A stretch of DNA of 49,339 nt from the NCBI GenBank assembly GCA_023485445.1, contig JAMCZT010000003.1, positions 1 to 49,339 of the forward strand. Direction: 5' to 3'. Position 1 is the first letter of the stretch; every line of letters begins with the position of its first letter. Both the position numbers and the translations under genes were made by a program. Shown here in pieces: positions 26,848-32,788 of this stretch. Source of the DNA: Patescibacteria group bacterium. GTDB taxonomy: Bacteria; Patescibacteriota; Microgenomatia; Woykebacterales; 2-01-FULL-43-14. The notes below the pieces were generated by a model. That model did not search any database, was not told the origin of the DNA, and saw only the letters and a list, made by a program, of their open reading frames with translations.

Positions 26848-27261
26848 ATGGAAAGAATTAAAAAAAGTTTGACCCTTATTCTCGGAGCAGTTGTCTTACT
26901 CGGAGCCGTTTACTACTACTCTAATCAACCAAAGCCAACGAGTACCGCAAATAACTCTTCCAACAATCAGGCTTCCGCTAGTAGTGCTCCTAACTTTAGC
27001 CAACTTCTGGGAGGAGATTCTTTCTCTTACAATGGTGAGGAAGGAAAAACAGCTTTAGAATTACTCCAGAGTAAGGCGAAGGTAGACATGAGCGGGCAAG
27101 GAACGAGCGCTTTTGTGACTGGAATCAATGACCGAAAGGCCGATAATGCGAAGAAGGAATATTGGGGACTTTATGTAAATGGTTACCCGTCTGAAGTAGG
27201 TGCTGGGTCTTACACTACGAAAGCAACTGACAAGATCGAATGGAAGATAACAACGTATTAA
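26848..27261 (+). CDS. Secreted/anchored DUF4430-like (transcobalamin-like) putative B12-binding protein
   Basis: N-terminal anchor, low-complexity linker, then GKTALELLQ...SAFVTGIN...YWGLYVNGYPSEVGAGSY...DKIEWK, typical of DUF4430. It is directly riboswitch-controlled. Confidence 0.6.
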   Translation: MERIKKSLTLILGAVVLLGAVYYYSNQPKPTSTANNSSNNQASASSAPNFSQLLGGDSFSYNGEEGKTALELLQSKAKVDMSGQGTSAFVTGINDRKADNAKKEYWGLYVNGYPSEVGAGSYTTKATDKIEWKITTY

Positions 27262-27288
27262 ATTTAAATTTTTAACTCGATTGATAAA

Positions 27289-27852
27289 TTGATCATGAAG
27301 GCTTGGAAATTTTTGGAGGTTAATGTGTTACTCAGGTTTCTTTCTTTATTAGTGAATCCGATACTAATTATTGTAGCGACAGTTATTCTGCGTCTTCTGC
27401 CTCATTTGCCAAACTTTGCGCCAATTACCGCGATGGCCCTGTTTGGAGGAGCCCATCTAAACAAAAGGTACGCTTTAGCAGTTCCGATGTTGGCAATGTT
27501 AATTTCTGATTTTTTCCTCGGATTTCACGATACGATGCCTTACGTTTACGCGAGTTTTTTCATGGTCGGTCTCCTTGGTTTATGGGTTAGAGATCACAAC
27601 AATTGGAAAAATATTTTGGTTGCTTCCTTTGGTTCCTCGATATTGTTTTTCTTTGTTACTAATTTTGGCGTCTGGTTATCCGGTTGGTATCCTCGGACTT
27701 TGAATGGCCTAATGGAATCTTATCTAATGGCGGTTCCTTTCTTCAGAGGAACTCTCGCTGGCGATCTTTTTTACACCGGAGTTTTCTTTGGTGGCTATGA
27801 ATTAATGCATTCTTACCTACTCAAACCTGCATTGCAAGCTAAAAAAGCTTAA
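27289..27852 (+). CDS. Polytopic membrane protein, putative B12/corrinoid transporter component
   Basis: About 6 TM helices. The LLPHLPNFAPITAMALFGGAHL motif resembles a membrane family (I recall it as DUF6580) that often lies behind B12 riboswitches. The function is inferred from context. Confidence 0.4.
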   Translation: MIMKAWKFLEVNVLLRFLSLLVNPILIIVATVILRLLPHLPNFAPITAMALFGGAHLNKRYALAVPMLAMLISDFFLGFHDTMPYVYASFFMVGLLGLWVRDHNNWKNILVASFGSSILFFFVTNFGVWLSGWYPRTLNGLMESYLMAVPFFRGTLAGDLFYTGVFFGGYELMHSYLLKPALQAKKA

Positions 27853-27874
27853 ATAAATCAAGGGGGAGAGAGAA

Positions 27875-28285
27875 TTGAACAAACTGACATACGTCTTGGT
27901 TATCTGCTTTCTTTCAGTATTGGCTGCAGTGGGGGAAGGGATTTTCCTCGGCAAGAAAACCCCGGAATCTCTTCACTGGTTAGCCGAAAGAAATTACCTT
28001 ACTTACGCCTACATCTTTTTGGCGGGAGGACTTTTCTCTTTACTTACTTTAGTAGCGATCAAACACTTAGGACTAAACATCAACGAGACTGGTCCGCTTT
28101 CGAGTTTGGGGGTAATTTCTTATTTGTTGGTACGTTGGGGAGTTTTCCGCCTGACTCCGGAAGGCAATGGATGGAGCTGGCTTCAGGCTGGTTCTTTCTT
28201 GGCCTTGAGTATCTTAGCTTTGTTTGCGCCAGGCTTGCCGAATGAGATCTTAGGGAGATTAAAGAAAGGTCTTTGGGATCAATAG
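27875..28285 (+). CDS. Hypothetical 4-TM membrane protein
   Basis: TTG start behind GGGGGAGAG. Hydrophobic throughout. Confidence 0.45.
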   Translation: MNKLTYVLVICFLSVLAAVGEGIFLGKKTPESLHWLAERNYLTYAYIFLAGGLFSLLTLVAIKHLGLNINETGPLSSLGVISYLLVRWGVFRLTPEGNGWSWLQAGSFLALSILALFAPGLPNEILGRLKKGLWDQ

Positions 28286-28617
28286 TTGGCGAGGAAGGGT
28301 TAAGGCAAACAACTTTTTAAGCTGTTTACTAATCCTCGCCAACTAACTATATTTTCTCAAAAAGGGTTGCTCTATGCAAGTTTGATTGTTTGGTCGAAAA
28401 CATCTTTTCCTTCAGTGGATCAGTTACAATGATTTTAACCTTAAAAATGGTTTTCCGGAACGGTTTCCACACAGTTTTCCAGTATCCTAGTTGGTTGGGA
28501 TAAGTCGAATGATGGACTCCACTTTAGTGGTTAAGTTTGAAAGCTCCTTCGTTAGTTTCCTTTTGAGCAAAATTTTGCTATGATGAAAATTGTCTTTAAC
28601 CTTAGAAGGAGAAAACG

Positions 28618-29961
28618 ATGCGACTGGAATCAGAAGTTTTTAAAGCTTACGACGTTCGGGGAATTTATCCGTCGGAAATAGATGAAGAAGCCGCTTATTT
28701 GATCGGTCAAGCTTACGTGAAATTAGTAAAACCAAAGAAGGTATTAGTCGGCCGTGATGTTAGGCTCTCTTCCCCCTCAATGTGGAAAGCAATAGTGGAA
28801 GGCGTGACGGACGCGGGAGTTGACGTCATGGATCCAGGAATAATCTCTACCGATATGCTTTACTTTGCGGTAGCTTTTTATGGCTTTGACGGGGGTTTTA
28901 GCGTTACAGCTTCCCATAACCCGAAAGAATATACCGGAGTAAAGTTTGTTCGGGAGGAAGCTAAGCCAGTTTCTTCTGACACTGGCCTTTTTCATATTCG
29001 TGATGAAGCCTTGAAGCAAGAAAAATTTATAGCCCCCCAAAAAGGGAGAATAGAAAAAATAGACATTTTAGGGGATTACCTTAAACATATTCTTTCTTTC
29101 GTTGATTTATCTAAAATTAAACCCTTGAAAATAGTGGTTAACACCAATTTCGGCGCAGCGTCCCAAACGTTAGAAAGGCTAGTGAAGTATCTACCCGTCG
29201 AACTGATTAAGCTAAATTTCGAGATGAACGGCGAGTTTCCAAAAGGCCGGCCTGATCCGTTAATTCCCGAAAACCGGACAGAGCTGACGGAAGCGGTTTT
29301 GAAAAATAAGGCTGACCTTGGCGTTGCCTGGGACGCGGACGCTGACCGCTGTTTCTTTTGTGATGAAAAGGGCAATTTCTTAGAAGGGTATTTTATCACG
29401 GCTTTGTTAGCAAAAGCGATTTTGAAAAAACATCCCGGAGAGAAAATTATCTCCGAGCCGCGGTTGGTCTGGGCAGTTCGGGATACAGTTGCAGAGAATG
29501 GTGGGGTTTTTATCCTGAGCAAAGCAGGACATGCCTTTATCAAGGAGCGGATGAGGAAAGAAAACGCTATTTTTGCCGGTGAAATGAGTGCTCATTATTA
29601 TTTTCGGGATAACTATTACGCGGATAATGGGATGATTCCTTTCTTGATGATCTTGGAGTTAATTTCCCAAACTGGCCAGTCACTTTCACAATTAGTCCAA
29701 TCTTTAGTGACGAAATACTTTGTTTCGGGGGAAATCAATTTGAAAGTGGCGGATATTAACGCCAAAATTAAAGAAGTCGAAAGCTATTATAACGATGGTA
29801 GAAAAGACTTTACTGACGGGCTCTCTGTTGATTATCCAAACTGGCGGTTTAACCTTCGCGCCTCTAACACAGAACCTCTGATAAGGCTAAATGTTGAGGC
29901 GCTTTCCCAGGAACTTATGGCGCAAAAAAGAGACGATCTTTTGGATTTAATTAGGGACTAA
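28618..29961 (+). CDS. Phosphomannomutase/phosphoglucomutase
   Basis: Active-site SVTASHNPKEYTG, metal loop GVAWDADADR, and sugar-binding GEMSAHY. Confidence 0.9.
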   Translation: MRLESEVFKAYDVRGIYPSEIDEEAAYLIGQAYVKLVKPKKVLVGRDVRLSSPSMWKAIVEGVTDAGVDVMDPGIISTDMLYFAVAFYGFDGGFSVTASHNPKEYTGVKFVREEAKPVSSDTGLFHIRDEALKQEKFIAPQKGRIEKIDILGDYLKHILSFVDLSKIKPLKIVVNTNFGAASQTLERLVKYLPVELIKLNFEMNGEFPKGRPDPLIPENRTELTEAVLKNKADLGVAWDADADRCFFCDEKGNFLEGYFITALLAKAILKKHPGEKIISEPRLVWAVRDTVAENGGVFILSKAGHAFIKERMRKENAIFAGEMSAHYYFRDNYYADNGMIPFLMILELISQTGQSLSQLVQSLVTKYFVSGEINLKVADINAKIKEVESYYNDGRKDFTDGLSVDYPNWRFNLRASNTEPLIRLNVEALSQELMAQKRDDLLDLIRD

Positions 29962-30000
29962 TTCCTCTTCACTTTTCAATTCCCTAGGTAAAAATGATTA

Positions 30001-30029
30001 TTGCATTCCTAAAAAATTTATGTTAGGAT
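30001..30029 (+). promoter_or_regulatory. Candidate promoter of the khpA-ccdA-redoxin unit
   Basis: TTGCAT (30001..30006), 17-nt spacer, TAGGAT (30024..30029). Confidence 0.5.
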
Positions 30030-30042
30030 TTTGTTTACGACC

Positions 30043-30062
30043 TACCCCCCAGGGAAGGGGTA
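30043..30062. promoter_or_regulatory. C-tract/G-tract palindrome, candidate CsoR-type operator
   Basis: TACCCC-CCAGGGAA-GGGGTA, beginning 14 nt downstream of the -10. Confidence 0.4.
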
Positions 30063-30129
30063 ACTAAGAGATTTAATAAAGGTAGGAAGATCATAAAAAG
30101 GTTTGGAACAGTAGGTGAAGGAGTAAAAA

Positions 30130-30420
30130 ATGAAGGAATTACTTGACCACATTGTCAAATCAATTGTGGACAACGTCGACGAAGTTGAGCTAGAAGAAAC
30201 AACTAACGAACTAGGAGAAATTGTCCTTCGGCTTAAGGTTGACCAATCAGACATGGGGAAGCTTATTGGTAAGGACGGGCAAATTATCAAAGCGATCAGG
30301 ACGATTATTCGAGTTCCAGCAATTAAGCAAGGAAAAAGGGTGAACATCGAGATTATCGAAGAGGGTAAAGAAAAAGCTGCGGCGGAAGAACAATCGGTCG
30401 AAGAAACAGAAGAAGCGTAA
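30130..30420 (+). CDS. khpA: KH-domain RNA-binding protein (KhpA/YlqC family) with an acidic C-terminal tail
   Basis: LRLKVDQSDMGKLIGKDGQIIKAIRTIIR (GxxG KH motif). The antisense ORF 30042..30455 is low complexity and spurious. Confidence 0.8.
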   Translation: MKELLDHIVKSIVDNVDEVELEETTNELGEIVLRLKVDQSDMGKLIGKDGQIIKAIRTIIRVPAIKQGKRVNIEIIEEGKEKAAAEEQSVEETEEA

Positions 30421-30472
30421 CTAAAGTTAGCACTTACGCTTTTAAAGTGAGACATAGAAAGAACTAACGCTT

Positions 30473-31345
30473 ATGGATTTGCTGGTTACAACCTCTTTTA
30501 TTGCTGCTTTTTTTGCTGGAGTAGCCGCTCTTTTTGCCCCTTGCTGTATTACTGTTCTTCTTCCGACTTACTTTGCTTCTATTTTTAAGCAAAAAGCCAA
30601 AGTTTTTTTGATGACTTTTATTTATTTCTTAGGTGTGCTGCTGATTTTCTTGCCGTTAGGCCTTGGCGCGGGAGGTCTAACCCAGATTTTCAGCCAGTAT
30701 CACGACCCTATTTATATTTTCATGTCTTTCTTCTTAATTTTTTTAGGTTTAACGATGGTTTTTGGAAGGAAAATTTCTCTTCCCATGCTAACTCATCCCG
30801 AATTAAAGAACTATGACGTGGGATCAATCTTTATTTTGGGGGTCTTTTCCGGAATTGCCACAACCTGTTGCGCTCCTGTGTTAGCGGGGGTATTGGCCCT
30901 TTCGGCCATGCCGGGTTCTTTTTTCCTCGGAGGAGTTTACACCCTTGCTTACGTTTTGGGAATGGTTGTCCCGCTTTTTCTTTTAGCCGCTTTTTTAGAT
31001 AAGACAGATTTTACACAGAAATTCTTTGCTTTCAGAAAGATGGTTAGTTATTCTATCCTCGGCCAAAAGGTTAGTTTGACCATCGCGACTCTTTTTTCTG
31101 GTTTGCTTTTTTTTGCTCTTGGAGGATTGACCCTATTTTTAGCCGTTACAAACCAGCTGACGATGCGAGCTTCTTACCAAATAGACTTAAATATTTACGT
31201 AACTAAGTTAGTTAAGTCAATTAGTGGTTTTACTACCTTTTTCCCTGAACAGGTTTGGGCTTTAGTCTTTGTCGGATTATTTTTACTTTTGACTAAGTTG
31301 GCATTTAGTCAATTAAAGAAAAAGGAGACCAAAGATGAAAATTAA
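30473..31345 (+). CDS. ccdA: CcdA/DsbD-family thiol:disulfide electron-transfer membrane protein
   Basis: Polytopic. Has the Cys motifs LFAPCCITVLLP and TTCCAPVLAG. Confidence 0.7.
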   Translation: MDLLVTTSFIAAFFAGVAALFAPCCITVLLPTYFASIFKQKAKVFLMTFIYFLGVLLIFLPLGLGAGGLTQIFSQYHDPIYIFMSFFLIFLGLTMVFGRKISLPMLTHPELKNYDVGSIFILGVFSGIATTCCAPVLAGVLALSAMPGSFFLGGVYTLAYVLGMVVPLFLLAAFLDKTDFTQKFFAFRKMVSYSILGQKVSLTIATLFSGLLFFALGGLTLFLAVTNQLTMRASYQIDLNIYVTKLVKSISGFTTFFPEQVWALVFVGLFLLLTKLAFSQLKKKETKDEN

Positions 31346-31919
31346 AGAGCTTTTGATTTTCTTAGGGGCGACGGCAGTCATTATGGGATTGTTTATTGTT
31401 TTTGCTTCTACCAGCAACGATAAGTCTAGCTCGAGTAACCAGCAACGTTCATTTGACGGTTTAAAAGGGAAACCCGCACCCGATTTCACCCTTCCCAGCT
31501 TTGAAGGCAAGACCGTTACTTTAAGTAGTTTGAAGGGTAAAAACGTCGTTTTGTTTTTTAGTGAAGGTTTGATGTGCTACCCGGCCTGTTGGAACCAAAT
31601 GGCCGCTTTTGGGAAAGATAAAAGGTTTAATAACGACAAAACAATTGCTTTAACAATAATTAATGATCCCAAAGAAGACTGGAAAAAAGCTGTTGAGAAA
31701 ATGCCTGAGCTAGCCTCCGAGGATGTCCTTTTTGATCTGGATCTTTCCGTGGTAAAAGCCTACAATACTCTCAATTTACCTTCTTCCATGCATAGGGGGC
31801 GCTTACCCGGCCATACTTATATTGTAATTGATAAAGAAGGAATAGTTCGTTACCTTAAAGATGACCCGACTATGGCAACTAGGAACGATGAGATCGCTAA
31901 AGAAATTGAAAACCTTTGA
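31335..31919 (+). CDS. Membrane-anchored thioredoxin-fold redoxin (TlpA/AhpC-TSA-like)
   Basis: GKPAPDFTLPSFEGKTVTLSSLKGKNVVLFF followed by CYPAC (CxxC). N-terminal anchor. Confidence 0.7.
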   Translation: MKIKELLIFLGATAVIMGLFIVFASTSNDKSSSSNQQRSFDGLKGKPAPDFTLPSFEGKTVTLSSLKGKNVVLFFSEGLMCYPACWNQMAAFGKDKRFNNDKTIALTIINDPKEDWKKAVEKMPELASEDVLFDLDLSVVKAYNTLNLPSSMHRGRLPGHTYIVIDKEGIVRYLKDDPTMATRNDEIAKEIENL

Positions 31920-31990
31920 TTTTATCTCCTCCCCCAGGGAGGGGTGGTGTAATTTTTTTAAAGAAAATAATGGCTTTCTTCTCTAGTAAC

Positions 31991-32019
31991 TTGACAATTT
32001 TTGACTGAATTGCTACAGT
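31991..32019 (+). promoter_or_regulatory. Candidate promoter of the csoR-YHS-copA operon
   Basis: TTGACA (31991..31996), 17-nt spacer, TACAGT (32014..32019). Confidence 0.6.
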
Positions 32020-32031
32020 TGAAATGTTCCT

Positions 32032-32046
32032 CCCCTCCAGGAGGGG
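32032..32046. promoter_or_regulatory. Perfect 7-1-7 palindrome CCCCTCC-A-GGAGGGG, candidate CsoR operator
   Basis: Begins 13 nt downstream of the -10 hexamer of the csoR promoter. The C-tract/G-tract architecture resembles described CsoR operators. Confidence 0.55.
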
Positions 32047-32180
32047 ATTAAGGATAAATGTAGAAAATTCTTAATTATACAAACTCGTTTTCTGTCCTTA
32101 AAGAAAGGGAATTTATGGCTGATACTAGTTGAGAAGAAATTGTCAAAAGATTAAAAATTACGGAAGGGCATTTAAGAAAG

Positions 32181-32375
32181 GTGCGAGAGATGGTGGAAGA
32201 CAGCGCTTACTGCATTAATGTCCTTCAGCAGTCCTCAGCCGTCCAATCAGCCATAAAAAAAGTAGACCAGCTTATTTTAGAGCATCACATCCGTACCTGT
32301 GTTACAAAAGCCATAAAAAAAGATAGCGGTGAGGAAGTAATCAAAGAAATTTTGGAAGTCTTTTCAAAAAGGTAA
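32181..32375 (+). CDS. csoR: CsoR/RcnR-family copper-sensing repressor (ORF-track minimal form; homology continues upstream to 32133)
   Basis: YCINVLQQSSAVQSAIKKV...LEHHIRTCV carries the C-H-C Cu(I) ligand pattern. The in-frame upstream codons EEIVKRLKITEGHLRK match CsoR helix 1 but follow a TGA at 32130..32132. Confidence 0.85.
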   Translation: MREMVEDSAYCINVLQQSSAVQSAIKKVDQLILEHHIRTCVTKAIKKDSGEEVIKEILEVFSKR

Positions 32376-32387
32376 AGGAGGATTTTC

Positions 32388-32540
32388 ATGGTGAAAGATC
32401 CAGTTTGTGGAATGTCAGTAGACGAGAACAGCGAATTTAAGAGTGAATACAATGGCAAGATTTATTATTTCTGCTCCAAAATTTGCAAAGACCAGTTTGA
32501 CGTTACTCCACAAGGTTACGTGGGAGAGGAGGAAAAATGA
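32388..32540 (+). CDS. YHS/TRASH-domain small metal-binding protein (50 aa; below the ORF-track cutoff)
   Basis: ATG behind AAGGAGG. MVKDPVCGMSVDENSEFKSEYNGKIYYFCSKICKDQF is the DPVCGM...YYFCS..C YHS signature. The stop overlaps the next ATG (ATGA). Confidence 0.8.
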   Translation: MVKDPVCGMSVDENSEFKSEYNGKIYYFCSKICKDQFDVTPQGYVGEEEK

Positions 32541-32758
32541 TGTGGAATTACTTTGGTGATCCTGACGCAACAGTTAGTGCCACGACAAGTGCTTACTATG
32601 ATTGGCATGGTGGTATGAGTAATTGGATGGGCCGAATGATGGGTGGCAACTATGGTGTTGGTTTCTGGTTTTGGGGCTTTTTTATGTGGGTCCTTTGGAT
32701 TTTGGCAATTGTCGCTCTAATAGCTTTGATCCGCTACCTCTGGAAAAAAGGTAACTAA
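32537..32758 (+). CDS. Small Met/Gly/Trp-rich single-TM protein
   Basis: WHGGMSNWMGRMMGGNYG, then the TM helix FWFWGFFMWVLWILAIVALIALI, then RYLWKKGN. Translationally coupled to the YHS gene. Confidence 0.6.
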   Translation: MMWNYFGDPDATVSATTSAYYDWHGGMSNWMGRMMGGNYGVGFWFWGFFMWVLWILAIVALIALIRYLWKKGN

Positions 32759-32788
32759 TTTTAATTCTATCGCCTCGGAGAGATTTAT

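Noticed and set aside
30042-30455. 137-aa minus-strand ORF covering khpA
   Set aside because: It is a Ser-rich shadow of the KH-domain gene. The + strand product has a clear GxxG KH motif and an RBS.
32130-32132. Genome-wide TGA reassignment (code 4 or 25) as the explanation for the in-frame TGA in csoR
   Set aside because: Many conserved genes here terminate at TGA at their expected ends (for example cdsA and the YHS gene). Long conserved genes (copA, nrdJ, lepA, the 1,190-aa surface protein) are uninterrupted under the standard code. Any recoding would have to be local.
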